A DNA stretch of 24,242 bases from Elusimicrobiota bacterium. Its GTDB lineage: Bacteria; Elusimicrobiota; Elusimicrobia; UBA1565. The notes under the pieces are model-generated. The model searched no databases, was not told the origin of the DNA, and was given only the letters and a program-made list of their open reading frames with translations. The DNA lies in contig JBDREN010000172.1 in the NCBI GenBank assembly GCA_043819795.1, positions 1 to 24,242 of the forward strand, read 5' to 3'. The position numbers were made by a program, and so were the translations under genes. This document shows, piece by piece, positions 1 to 8,317 of the stretch. Positions within the stretch are counted from its first letter, which is position 1, and every line of letters begins with the position of its first letter.

Positions 1-408
1 GAAGCGCCTCCCGCGGCGGGCGGGACCGGCGAAAGGACCGAGAGCGCGGGCCCGCCCGGTCCTCCGACAGGCGGCGCGGCGGGCGGCCCGGCCGGCGCGC
101 ATGGCGGCGGCCAGCTGATCAGCCTGCCCAAGCTCCTCAACCGCGATGAAGTGTTCCAGAACCTCCGCCGCTTCTATCCGGAACGCGAACGGCGCGCGGG
201 CCGCGAGGGCCGCGTCGTCGTCGCGCTCCACATCGGGACCGAAGGGCGGGTGCGCCTCGTCGAGATCATCCAGTCGGGCGGCCGCTCCTTCGACGACGCG
301 GCCGAGGCGGTCGCGCGGACGATGCGCTTCTCGCCGGCCATCACCGTGAACGGCCCGGCGCCGGTCAAGCTCAAGCAGGCCGTCCATTTCAAACTGACGG
401 ACGAATGA
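1..408 (+). CDS. tonB: Energy transducer TonB, C-terminal part (5'-truncated by the window)
   Basis: Frame 1 is open from base 1. A Pro/Gly/Ala-rich linker (EAPPAAGG...GPPGPPTGG) precedes a TonB_C-like domain (FYPERERRAGREGRVVVALHIGTEGRV...SGGRSFDDAAEAVARTMRFSPA...VHFKL). Stop TGA at 406-408. Confidence 0.85.
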   Translation, partial: EAPPAAGGTGERTESAGPPGPPTGGAAGGPAGAHGGGQLISLPKLLNRDEVFQNLRRFYPERERRAGREGRVVVALHIGTEGRVRLVEIIQSGGRSFDDAAEAVARTMRFSPAITVNGPAPVKLKQAVHFKLTDE

Positions 409-466
409 CTCCGGCGGGCTGAGAGGACCGAGCGCTCCGGGTTATCGCCGCCGAAGGCGGGGAAAT

Positions 467-751
467 TCAGTCGCGGCGTCCCGACTCGTCCACGTTGCGG
501 AGCGTGATCTCGCCCTTCTTGGGCCCGTATTCCCACGTCATCCGAAATCGCCTGCCGACGCATGCCTCGAAGATCTTCTCGCCGAGGTCCCCAAGGGCGC
601 CCTCCAGCTCACGGGCGCCGAGCGCGGGGCCGCGCGGATCGGCGCCCAACTGCCGAAGGCGCTTGGCGAGCTGCCTCTTCGCCGCCGCCGGAAGCCCTGC
701 GGCTTGCTGCTCGAACTGCCTGGTCGCGGCCAGCGTGAACTCTGGCTTCAC
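467..751 (-). CDS. RelE/ParE-superfamily type II toxin (94 aa), possibly degenerate
   Basis: GTG start overlaps the antitoxin stop (GTGA, 748-751). The sequence MKPEFTLAATRQFEQQAAGLPAAAKRQLAKRLRQLGADPRGPAL...IFEACVGRRFRMTWEY...ITLRNVD has the RelE-like size and layout. It is the C-terminal part of the track ORF 467..1045. Confidence 0.75.
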   Translation of the reverse strand: MKPEFTLAATRQFEQQAAGLPAAAKRQLAKRLRQLGADPRGPALGARELEGALGDLGEKIFEACVGRRFRMTWEYGPKKGEITLRNVDESGRRD

Positions 752-1029
752 TTCGGATCGCCCGATGTAAGACGCTTGACGAGGGCTGTCGCGGACGGAT
801 GGCGGCGGATGCGTCCCTTCTTGATGTCCCCGGACGCCTGCCGCTCGCCCTTCTGCCAGCGCGCCGTCCAATAGTATTTCTGCTGGGCGGGGATGGAAAC
901 GCGGGGATGCAGGACGATCGTCCCGTCCTCCAGCTTCTCGCACAAGAACAGGGTGACGCCCTCGTCGACGAAATCCTTCGGGATCGTGATCTGATTCCGG
1001 CTGCCCAGGACCACCTCTTTGGCTTGCAT
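748..1029 (-). CDS. AbrB/MazE/SpoVT-family antitoxin (93 aa)
   Basis: MQAKEVVLGSRNQITIPKDF...EDGTIVLHP is a swapped-hairpin motif, followed by QKYYWTARWQKGERQASGDIKKGRI, typical of AbrB antitoxins paired with RelE-like toxins. A GGAGGAG RBS lies just upstream of the ATG at 1029. Confidence 0.85.
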   Translation of the reverse strand: MQAKEVVLGSRNQITIPKDFVDEGVTLFLCEKLEDGTIVLHPRVSIPAQQKYYWTARWQKGERQASGDIKKGRIRRHPSATALVKRLTSGDPK

Positions 1030-1056
1030 GGCTCCTCCCGCGCACGGCATGGCCAG

Positions 1057-1085
1057 AGTATACCAGATAGCTGATAATCCGTCAA
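1057..1085 (-). promoter_or_regulatory. sigma70-type promoter of the TA operon
   Basis: Minus strand TTGACG (1085-1080), 17-nt spacer, TATACT (1062-1057). Confidence 0.8.
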
Positions 1086-1109
1086 TTGAATATACAGATT
1101 GACGGATTA
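1075..1109. promoter_or_regulatory. Operator-like inverted repeat overlapping the TA -35 box
   Basis: Perfect 12-bp arms TAATCCGTCAAT (1075-1086) and ATTGACGGATTA (1098-1109) with an 11-bp spacer. Confidence 0.75.
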
Positions 1110-1176
1110 GGCGTATTTTGTCGTCCGTCTATCCACTATTCTGATTACTTATTTTCCGTCTTTCCGCAAATAAGAC

Positions 1177-1265
1177 CGGTGCCGGGCTGGACTTTCGGGG
1201 CAAATGGGAACACCTCAGATCCCTGACCGCGCCCCAATACTTCCCAAAAGTCAAGCACGGCACCG
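1177..1265. repeat. 89-bp element bounded by 23-bp imperfect inverted repeats (MITE/REP-like or RNA hairpin)
   Basis: CGGTGCCGGGCTGGACTTTCGGG (1177-1199) versus the reverse complement of 1243-1265, CGGTGCCGTGCTTGACTTTTGGG: 20/23 identical. Confidence 0.6.
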
Positions 1266-1273
1266 CTTTTATA

Positions 1274-1302
1274 TTGACGGGGCGCGATAGTATTGGTAGG
1301 GT
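1274..1302 (+). promoter_or_regulatory. Putative sigma70 promoter of the MFS gene
   Basis: TTGACG (1274-1279), 17-nt spacer, TAGGGT (1297-1302), preceded by TG (extended -10). Confidence 0.5.
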
Positions 1303-1358
1303 GTGCTTTCACGACGCGCGGGGCCTGAGACCCCAAAGGCCGCATCCGGGAGCGAGGC

Positions 1359-2810
1359 ATGATCGAGAACATCGTATTCATAGGCATCCTTCTGACGGTC
1401 GTCTTCATCTACTCGAAGAACAACCCCATGGGCCATCCCGGCGACTTCAGGCTGAGGAACTTCCTGAACTGGTTCCCCATGGGGCTCACGTACGCCTTCC
1501 TGTATATGGGGCGCTACAACCTGACCGTCTCGAAGAACGCCCTGGGCGACCTGATGCCCAAGGAAGCGTTCGGGATCATCTTCGCCGCGGGGACCATCAC
1601 CTACGCCTTCTCCTTCCTGATCAACGGCCCGCTCACCGACAGGATCGGCGGCAAGCGCGCGATCCTCATCGGGGCGTTCGGGGCCGGCTTCATGAACATC
1701 GTGCTCGGCCTCCTGACCTACCTGATCTTGGTCAAGAACTTCGCGATGAATCTGACTTTGGCGTTCTCCATCGTCTACTCGCTGAACATGTACTTCCAGA
1801 GCTTCGGCGCCGTGTCCATCGTCAAGGTCAACGCCCACTGGTTCCACGTCAAGGAGCGGGGCGTGTTCAGCGGGATCTTCGGGACGCTGATATCCCTGGG
1901 GATCTTCTTCGCCTTCGACTGGGGGCAGGCGATCGTGGGCGCGATGAAGACGTCCGCCGGCGAGCTCGGCTTCTTCCAGAAGGCGCTGCGCTCCTTGCTC
2001 TATTGCGACTCCTACGGCGTCGACAACATATGGTACGTGTTCCTGATCCCGGCGGCGCTCCTGATCGCCTTCGGGGTGATCGAGATTTTCCTGCTCAAGG
2101 ACACCCCGGGCGAGGCCGGGTTCGCGGACTTCGACACGGCCGACGCCTCCTCCGACGAGATGCACGTGGAGTACAGCGCGCTGCAGCTCATCAAGAAGAT
2201 CCTCACCAACCCGATCATCCTCACGATCGCCGCCATCGAGTTTTGCTCGGGCGTCGTGCGCAACGGGATCATGCACTGGTACTTCATCTACGCCAACGAG
2301 GCGGGGATCGCCGGAGCCGCGGCGTTCTTCAAGGCGCACTGGGGGCTGCTGCTCTGCTTCGCGGGGGTCGCCGGCGGGTTCTTCGCCGGGACCGTGTCCG
2401 ACAAGCTCTTCCAGTCCCGGCGAGGGCCTTCGGCCGCGTTCATGTACGCGATGATGTCCGTGGCCACAGTGATCATGGCCCTGATCCTGAGGGCCCATCC
2501 CTTCGCTCTGGGAGTGATCGTCATCTTCATGTCCTTCTGCGTGATCGGGGTGCACGGGCTGCTCTCCGGGACCGCCACGATGGACTTCGGTGGGAGGAAG
2601 GGAGCCGCCACGGCCGTGGGGATCATCGACGGGTTCGTCTATTTGGGGACGGGCGTCCAGTCGATATGCCTGGGGTACATCACGGCCTGGAACTGGAACT
2701 ACTGGCCCGTGTTCCTGATCCCCTTCACATTGATCGGGACCGTCCTGGCGATAAGGATCTGGCACGCGCTTCCCGACGCCGTGAGGAAGGGGGCGAAGGT
2801 CAAGAAGTAG
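1359..2810 (+). CDS. MFS transporter, organophosphate:Pi antiporter-like (GlpT/UhpC family)
   Basis: 483 aa with about 12-13 hydrophobic segments. Motifs YAFLYMGRYNL, GPLTDRIGGKR, WFHVKERG, AGTVSDKLFQSRRGP and AATAVGIIDGFVYLG match the GlpT/UhpT/UhpC pattern. Codons are strongly GC3-biased. Confidence 0.9.
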   Translation: MIENIVFIGILLTVVFIYSKNNPMGHPGDFRLRNFLNWFPMGLTYAFLYMGRYNLTVSKNALGDLMPKEAFGIIFAAGTITYAFSFLINGPLTDRIGGKRAILIGAFGAGFMNIVLGLLTYLILVKNFAMNLTLAFSIVYSLNMYFQSFGAVSIVKVNAHWFHVKERGVFSGIFGTLISLGIFFAFDWGQAIVGAMKTSAGELGFFQKALRSLLYCDSYGVDNIWYVFLIPAALLIAFGVIEIFLLKDTPGEAGFADFDTADASSDEMHVEYSALQLIKKILTNPIILTIAAIEFCSGVVRNGIMHWYFIYANEAGIAGAAAFFKAHWGLLLCFAGVAGGFFAGTVSDKLFQSRRGPSAAFMYAMMSVATVIMALILRAHPFALGVIVIFMSFCVIGVHGLLSGTATMDFGGRKGAATAVGIIDGFVYLGTGVQSICLGYITAWNWNYWPVFLIPFTLIGTVLAIRIWHALPDAVRKGAKVKK

Positions 2811-2834
2811 CTCAAGGATTCCATCGCGAGAATC

Positions 2835-2869
2835 AGGAGGCCGTCCGGCGTTCAGCCGGACGGCCTCCT
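2835..2869. terminator. Strong hairpin between convergent genes (probable terminator)
   Basis: Perfect 15-bp stem AGGAGGCCGTCCGGC / GCCGGACGGCCTCCT with a 5-nt loop, 24 nt after the MFS stop. No clear U-tract. Confidence 0.6.
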
Positions 2870-2933
2870 CGCGGTTCCGGGCCTCGAGACGCGATCGCGG
2901 CGCGCGTCCGGGCCCGGCGGTCGAACGCGCCGG

Positions 2934-3914
2934 CTACTTGGCCACGGCCAGGCCCGCCAGCTTGTCGAGCGCTCCCTTGAGCCCCTCGTGCACGCTCCGG
3001 ACCATGTCCGGGTCCCAGGACTTGGCGTCGTCGCGCAGGAAGGAAGTCTTGTCCACGCGGTTGTCGAAGCGGGCGATCGGTAGGTAAAACTTCCTGCCGT
3101 AGGCCTCCACCGTGACCGTGCCGGGACGCTCCGAGCTCTTCTCCAGCCAGTCCACGTCGTCGCAGCCGTAGTCCTTGAGCATGACCTCGAGAGGCACGCC
3201 GTGGTGCAGGATGGAGCCCGGGTCGTTGGGGTCGGCGCGCGCGTCGTTCTTGCGGCGCGACTCCTCGGGCGTCACCCAGACGTAGAGGATGGTCGCCTTC
3301 TCCAGGATCGCCTTGGAGAGCTTGGAGAGCGAGTACTTGTAGCCGAAGGGCTCGGCCAGGGGCATGGACGAGCCGTCGGCCCCGCCGCGGGCGAACTCGA
3401 TGACGAGCGTCTTGCCGGCCAGCGTCTCATGCTGGCCCGGACGCCTCTCCTCCAGGATCTTGCGCGCCTCGCCGTCGAGGGCCCGGATCACGGCCTTCCG
3501 CGTCTCATCGTCGAGCGCGCGCAGGCGCGCGGGAGCGCCGACCGCCTCGCTCGCGGCGTCGATCCGCTCGATGAGGTACGCCGCCGGGGAGGCGGGATCC
3601 GGCCGCTTCGGGGCCGTCAGGTTGGCGTGGTCCTCGTTGAGCAGGGCGACCAGCGTGCCCCAGTCCCGGGGATCGCGGAACGGCTTGTCCGCGGCCTGGA
3701 AGTAGACGCGCTCCTTTCCTCTCGCGGCCAGCTCGTCGTCGATGGTGCGCATGATGTGGACGTAGGGGAAATCGTCGAGCTGCGCGCTGGGGCCCATGTG
3801 GAAGTCGCTCGCCTGCTTCTCCGGCGAGAGGTGCTTTAGGTACTTGCGGACCTCGGACTTGCCGGAAGCCGGCAGAGCCAAGAGAAGGACGGTATCCAGA
3901 ATGTCTTGCGCCAT
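2934..3914 (-). CDS. Hypothetical P-loop NTPase / nucleotide-kinase-like protein (326 aa)
   Basis: Start MAQDILD at 3914 with an AGGAGG RBS (3925-3930). An N-terminal strand leads into a Walker A variant VLLLALPASGKSEV, followed by LDDFPY, LVIEFARG and ILYVWVTPEESRRKNDAR (kinase lid-like). Confidence 0.8.
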   Translation of the reverse strand: MAQDILDTVLLLALPASGKSEVRKYLKHLSPEKQASDFHMGPSAQLDDFPYVHIMRTIDDELAARGKERVYFQAADKPFRDPRDWGTLVALLNEDHANLTAPKRPDPASPAAYLIERIDAASEAVGAPARLRALDDETRKAVIRALDGEARKILEERRPGQHETLAGKTLVIEFARGGADGSSMPLAEPFGYKYSLSKLSKAILEKATILYVWVTPEESRRKNDARADPNDPGSILHHGVPLEVMLKDYGCDDVDWLEKSSERPGTVTVEAYGRKFYLPIARFDNRVDKTSFLRDDAKSWDPDMVRSVHEGLKGALDKLAGLAVAK

Positions 3915-4092
3915 TTGGGTGAAACCTCCTTGGATCGGCGGCGATATGCTGCTTGCTCCATGATATCTTAATGCCGCCTTTTCGGCCAATAGGATAAAGG
4001 GCCCATTTTGAGGCGGGGCCTTTGCGGGCCGCCGCCTTCCCCATGGCCCCTGGGGAGTCTCCGCCGGGCCTGCCAACATATTGATAACGCGT

Positions 4093-7000
4093 ATGGACGA
4101 CCACGTTTTTGCCCGGCGGCTCCTGGCTGTCTGCCTAGCCGCGTCGCTATGCCTGAACCCCGTCCTCGGCCAGGCCGGCCCGGTGCTCGTCCCGCAAGCG
4201 AAAGCCCCGGTCGGAGCGGTCAGCGCCGCCGCGGGCGCCGGAGCGGCGCTCTCGAGGGTCTCCGACTTCGCCGGCCGGCGGGAAGCGGGGCCGCGGCTCG
4301 AAAGCGGATTGGCCCTTCCGTCCGCCCTGCCCGCCGTCCGCCCGACGGCGGATGCGCTGACGGATCAAGCCGCGCCGATTCCCGCCGGAGCGGCGCCGGC
4401 CGCGGAGCCGGCGAGCAAGAGCCTTCCGGCCGGCTCCATTGGAGCGTCTCAGCCCGAATCCGGGCTTTCCGTGGAGGGGGGACGTTCGCGGAGCGTAAAG
4501 AGCGCCGATAGACCTCGCGCCGCCGCGGCGTCGACCCCGGCAGGGGCGCCGTACCGGACGCCCTCCCGCGCGGCGTTGGCGGCCGGCACGGCCCCTCGGA
4601 CCCTGAACCGCACTTCAGCCGGGAAGGACCTCTCCGGGATCGCCCGCGCCCTTCAAGACGACCGGACCGGGGCGGCGCGCGAGACCCTGGCGAGCGGCTA
4701 CGACGGGCTGGCTCTAAGACCCGCGGGGCGCTTCTTCAAGGGCTCGGCCGCTCAACACGCGGTTTCGGGCTCGGCGCATTCCGGGCCCGGACCGGCGGCC
4801 TCGAAGAGGCCGGCCCCGCGCTCCTCAGCCAAGGCGTCCGCGCGCCTCAAAGCGAAGCCCCAAGCCAGAGGCCCTCCCGCCGCGGCGCCCTCCGTCCGGG
4901 AGCTCCGCTCGGTTCCCGCCGGCCGGCGTGCCGCCGCCGTCGCGCTGGTGGCGCGCCGCTTGGCGGACGGCCCGATCAACTCATGGGCCTACGCTTCGGA
5001 GATGCCGTTCCTCCGGAGCTTCTCCCGTCTGGCGCACTCGCTCTTCGGCTCCGGCGGGGCCCCCTTCTTATCCTCCGAGCGCAAGCTGGCGGAGGCCGTG
5101 GCCGAATGGTTCGAGCATGAGGGCGCGGGCCTGCCGGAGCGGCGTTTCCGGAAGAACATGGCGATCCTGACCGACGACCTGTACCTCCTGTCGGTCCTCT
5201 CCGACGAAGGCGCCGGAGAGCGCCTGCCTTTGGCCGGGCTCAGGGCGCGCTACGGCGACCTCTCCGCGTCGCGGCGGACCTCGGCGCCCGGGGACGACCC
5301 ACGCGCCGGCAAGACCCGGAAGGCCGGATGGGCGCGGAAGGCTCGGGGCTCGACGGTGTCCCGGCTGTTCTTCGGTAAGTTGGGCCGGGCCTTGCGGGAG
5401 GCGCTGAGCTTCATCGAGGCCAAAGACCCCTCGATCCTGGGCTTCCCCGAGGTGACAAGGCGCTGGGCGCTCTCCGCCCGGCGCCGCGCGATGCTCTCCG
5501 AGTTCTACGACCGGCTCGCGGTCTTGATCCGCGACTTCGATTCGCTGGAGAAGCCCTCGGTGTGGGAGACGGCCATCGACGTGACCGGCGGCGACCGGGC
5601 GCTGGCGGCCGAGATGCTCGGCGGCATCGTGGGCCAGACCAAGCGCCCGCTGCGCTTCGTGGAGCGCGAGCTCCTCGGGAGCGTCCCCGCCGAGGAGACC
5701 CTGTCCGCCTTCGAGAAGGCGGCCAAGGCCTACTACCTGCTGGGCTTGGCGCACGAAAAGAGCCTCCGGCGGTTCGGAAGGAGCACGCTCTATCCGGCGG
5801 GAACGGACATCCGCAGCCCCAAGTTCTGGCACTTCTACGCGGCCGCCATGCTGGGCCGCCGCCTGCGCGCCTATCCCCGAGAAACGGCCCGGACGGCGGC
5901 CCGGCTCATCGCGATGGGCTATGAAGCCGTGACGTTCCCGATAGCGCTCCGTATGCTGCCCTTCGGATGGCGGGGTTTCACCTTCCGGCTGCTGATCGGC
6001 AGCTACGGCGAGGACGTCCGGACGCAGATGCGGGGACACGCCTTCGGGCGGCGGTGGGCCGAGCCGGGCCGGACGGCGAAAGCCGAGACGGACGTGCCCG
6101 GGTCCGGACGGACGCGGACCGCCGTAAGGCCATGGCTCGCCTACGTCCGCTACTCGGCGCGGCTGTTCACGTGGAACTTCGCCTCGCCCGCCTTGCGCGA
6201 ATGGCCCCGGCTCCGCGACCGGGCGCGGCGCGCCGAGGCTTCGGGCCGGAGGCCTTCGGCGAAACGCCTCCGCCGGCTCTTCGTCGCGCTCAGGCTGCTC
6301 GCCTGGACCGGGCGGCTCTCCCCCGCGGGCGCGGCTCTGGCGGCCTCCGACGACCGGGTCGCGGGAAGGGCCCGGAGGATCTTCGCGCGCCACTTCGACG
6401 CCGGCCAGGCATCCCGGGCGGCGTTCGAGGCGTTCCTCTCTCGCGCGCGCGAGGATCGAAAACGCCGCAGGACCAAGCTGGGCAAGACGCTGCGCTACGC
6501 GCTCAAGGAAGCCGCCGTCCTGGAGTCCTCCGCCCTGGCCGCGCACTTCGACGGTCTTCTTCAAGACCGGGAGCGGACGGACCGCTTCAGGAGCCGCGGG
6601 CAGGGCCAAATCCTCTCCGCGTTCGAGGCCGCGGTCCGCGAGGCCGTCCGGCGGGCGAACGAAACGGCGGTCCTCGGCGGCCGGGTACTCGGCGTCCGCC
6701 TCACCGGAAGCTACGCCAGCGGCGCGGCGCGTCCCGGCAGCGACCTGGACTTCCAGGTGATCACGGAGGACGGCCGCGCCTCGCCCGCGGGAAGGCTGTT
6801 CGTCGAGGTCCTCCGGGGCCTGTGGAGCGGGCGGCAAGCGTCGGCGCCTTTGGACGCGGACGCGCTCTATCTGCCTCCTTCCCGGGAGCTCTTCGCGCGG
6901 CTGGATCCCGAAGGCTACGCGATCCTTTCGCCCTATCCGAAAGTCGTGGAGGATCTCCGCGCCGCGGGCCCCGAAGAAGCCGCCCCCGGGATGCGGGCCG

Positions 7001-7167
7001 ATGTGCCGTGGTACGGAGGCCCGCTCCGCGCCGCGGCCGCGATCCTCTTCGAAGGCGCCTTGCGGGCGCTCGACGCATGGAGGACGCTCCGGGGGGAGGG
7101 GGGGAAGATCCGGCCGCCGTCCTTGAGGCCGGCTACGCTTTCCGGACCTTCTTCTTCGCGGCCCTGA
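4093..7167 (+). CDS. Large putative exported protein with a C-terminal Pol-beta-superfamily nucleotidyltransferase domain
   Basis: Signal-peptide-like start MDDHVFARRLLAVCLAASLCLNPVLGQA, then a long Ala/Pro-rich region. The C-terminus contains VLGVRLTGSYASGAARPGSDLDFQVI (GS...DxD) and a later PLDAD. The start could instead be TTG at 4081. Confidence 0.7.
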   Translation: MDDHVFARRLLAVCLAASLCLNPVLGQAGPVLVPQAKAPVGAVSAAAGAGAALSRVSDFAGRREAGPRLESGLALPSALPAVRPTADALTDQAAPIPAGAAPAAEPASKSLPAGSIGASQPESGLSVEGGRSRSVKSADRPRAAAASTPAGAPYRTPSRAALAAGTAPRTLNRTSAGKDLSGIARALQDDRTGAARETLASGYDGLALRPAGRFFKGSAAQHAVSGSAHSGPGPAASKRPAPRSSAKASARLKAKPQARGPPAAAPSVRELRSVPAGRRAAAVALVARRLADGPINSWAYASEMPFLRSFSRLAHSLFGSGGAPFLSSERKLAEAVAEWFEHEGAGLPERRFRKNMAILTDDLYLLSVLSDEGAGERLPLAGLRARYGDLSASRRTSAPGDDPRAGKTRKAGWARKARGSTVSRLFFGKLGRALREALSFIEAKDPSILGFPEVTRRWALSARRRAMLSEFYDRLAVLIRDFDSLEKPSVWETAIDVTGGDRALAAEMLGGIVGQTKRPLRFVERELLGSVPAEETLSAFEKAAKAYYLLGLAHEKSLRRFGRSTLYPAGTDIRSPKFWHFYAAAMLGRRLRAYPRETARTAARLIAMGYEAVTFPIALRMLPFGWRGFTFRLLIGSYGEDVRTQMRGHAFGRRWAEPGRTAKAETDVPGSGRTRTAVRPWLAYVRYSARLFTWNFASPALREWPRLRDRARRAEASGRRPSAKRLRRLFVALRLLAWTGRLSPAGAALAASDDRVAGRARRIFARHFDAGQASRAAFEAFLSRAREDRKRRRTKLGKTLRYALKEAAVLESSALAAHFDGLLQDRERTDRFRSRGQGQILSAFEAAVREAVRRANETAVLGGRVLGVRLTGSYASGAARPGSDLDFQVITEDGRASPAGRLFVEVLRGLWSGRQASAPLDADALYLPPSRELFARLDPEGYAILSPYPKVVEDLRAAGPEEAAPGMRADVPWYGGPLRAAAAILFEGALRALDAWRTLRGEGGKIRPPSLRPATLSGPSSSRP

Positions 7168-7567
7168 CGGGCCGCGGGCGAGGGGGGGACGCGTCCCGCA
7201 AGTATTCCTTGACGCGCTGCAGAAGCCGCTCGTTGCCCAACGACTTCCCGAACAGCTCGGTGTCCGCGAACTCCTTGGCGAGGGTTTGAAGGAGGTTCTT
7301 GGGGTAGTCCAGCCCCGAGACGAACATCGTCGGGACGTCCCGGGACCGCTTCTTGGCCTGCAGGCGCTGATACAGCTGGAAGCCGTTCATCTCCGGCATC
7401 GCCAGATCCAGGAGGATGAGATGGGGCTTGAAGCGCCCGATCGAGCGCAGCGCGCTCAGCCCGGAGCTCGCCAGCAGGCACTCATAGCCCTCCCGCTCGA
7501 GAAGCCTTCCGAGCAGGCTCAAATAGGTACGGTCGTCGTCGACGACCATGATGCGCTTGCGTGTCAT
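7133..7567 (-). CDS. Single-domain response regulator (receiver) with a basic C-terminal tail
   Basis: MTRKRIMVVDDD...PHLILLDLAMPEMNG...MFVSG...FGKS. The ATG at 7567 fits the promoter just upstream. The gene overlaps the convergent ORF by 35 bp. Confidence 0.85.
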   Translation of the reverse strand: MTRKRIMVVDDDRTYLSLLGRLLEREGYECLLASSGLSALRSIGRFKPHLILLDLAMPEMNGFQLYQRLQAKKRSRDVPTMFVSGLDYPKNLLQTLAKEFADTELFGKSLGNERLLQRVKEYLRDASPPRPRPVRAAKKKVRKA

Positions 7568-7583
7568 CGATCGCCTTTTCCCT

Positions 7584-7611
7584 AGCATAGCACAATACGA
7601 CGCCATGTCAA
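7584..7611 (-). promoter_or_regulatory. Internal sigma70 promoter for the third response regulator
   Basis: Minus strand TTGACA (7611-7606), 16-nt spacer, TATGCT (7589-7584) with a TG extension, 16 nt before the ATG. Confidence 0.7.
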
Positions 7612-7624
7612 CCGAGAAATAGGA

Positions 7625-8317
7625 TCACGCCTTGAAACAGTAGCCGACGCCGCTGACCGTCTCGATGTGCTTTCCGAAGCCCGCGAGCTTGCGCCGCAGG
7701 ATCTCCACCCGCTTATCCACCGTGCGCGTGGACTGAGAGGGGTCGGCCTTCCAGACGTTCTCGAGAAGGAGGCCGCGCGTCAACACGCGGTTCTGGTTGC
7801 GCATAAGGTAGACGAGCAGGTCGAACTCGAGCCGGGTCAGGCGCACGGGCTTGCCGTTGAGCCGGACGCCGTGCTCGGCGATGTCCACGATGAGGTTCCC
7901 GGAGGTGAGGCGCTCCGACGGGGCGAGGTCCGAGGCGACCTGCCAGGAAGCCCGCCGCAGGAGCGCCTCCACCCGCGCCAAAAGGACCTCGCCCTGAAGG
8001 GGCTTGGTGAAGTACTCGTCGGCACCCAGCCCCAAGGCCCGCACCACGTCCGAGGAGCTGCGGTAGTGGGCCGAGATGACGACGATCGGGGTCAGCTTCC
8101 CGTCCTGGCTCCCCCGCATGACGCGGATGAGGTCCCAGCCGCTCATGGAGGGAAGCTTGAGATCCACGACCGCGAGGTCCGGCTGGAGGCGGGGGAGCGC
8201 GTCGAGGAACTTGCCCGCGGAGGCGAAGGCGCGGGCCGAGTAGTTGGCGTTCCGGAACAGCGTCGACAGGAAATCCGCGACCGCCTCGTCGTCCTCCACG
8301 ATCGCGATGCGCTTCAT
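7625..8317 (-). CDS. OmpR/PhoB-family DNA-binding response regulator
   Basis: Receiver domain (IAIVEDD...VVDLKLPSMSG...GADEYFTKP) plus winged helix (LTRLEFDLLVYLMRNQNRVLTRGLLLENVW...TRTVDKRVEILRRKL...IETVSGVGYCF). Confidence 0.95.
   Translation of the reverse strand: MKRIAIVEDDEAVADFLSTLFRNANYSARAFASAGKFLDALPRLQPDLAVVDLKLPSMSGWDLIRVMRGSQDGKLTPIVVISAHYRSSSDVVRALGLGADEYFTKPLQGEVLLARVEALLRRASWQVASDLAPSERLTSGNLIVDIAEHGVRLNGKPVRLTRLEFDLLVYLMRNQNRVLTRGLLLENVWKADPSQSTRTVDKRVEILRRKLAGFGKHIETVSGVGYCFKA

Noticed and set aside
1..408. TonB as energiser of the T9SS-like operon
   Set aside because: It lies 8.6 kb away with unrelated genes in between. The sequence gives no evidence of a link.
752..1045. 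N-terminal extension of the 192-aa ORF 467..1045
   Set aside because: It overlaps the antitoxin in another frame. The GTG at 751 gives a normal toxin size and coupling.
3915..4079. 55-codon extension of ORF 2934..4079
   Set aside because: A strong AGGAGG precedes ATG 3914, and the extension covers the divergent promoter region.
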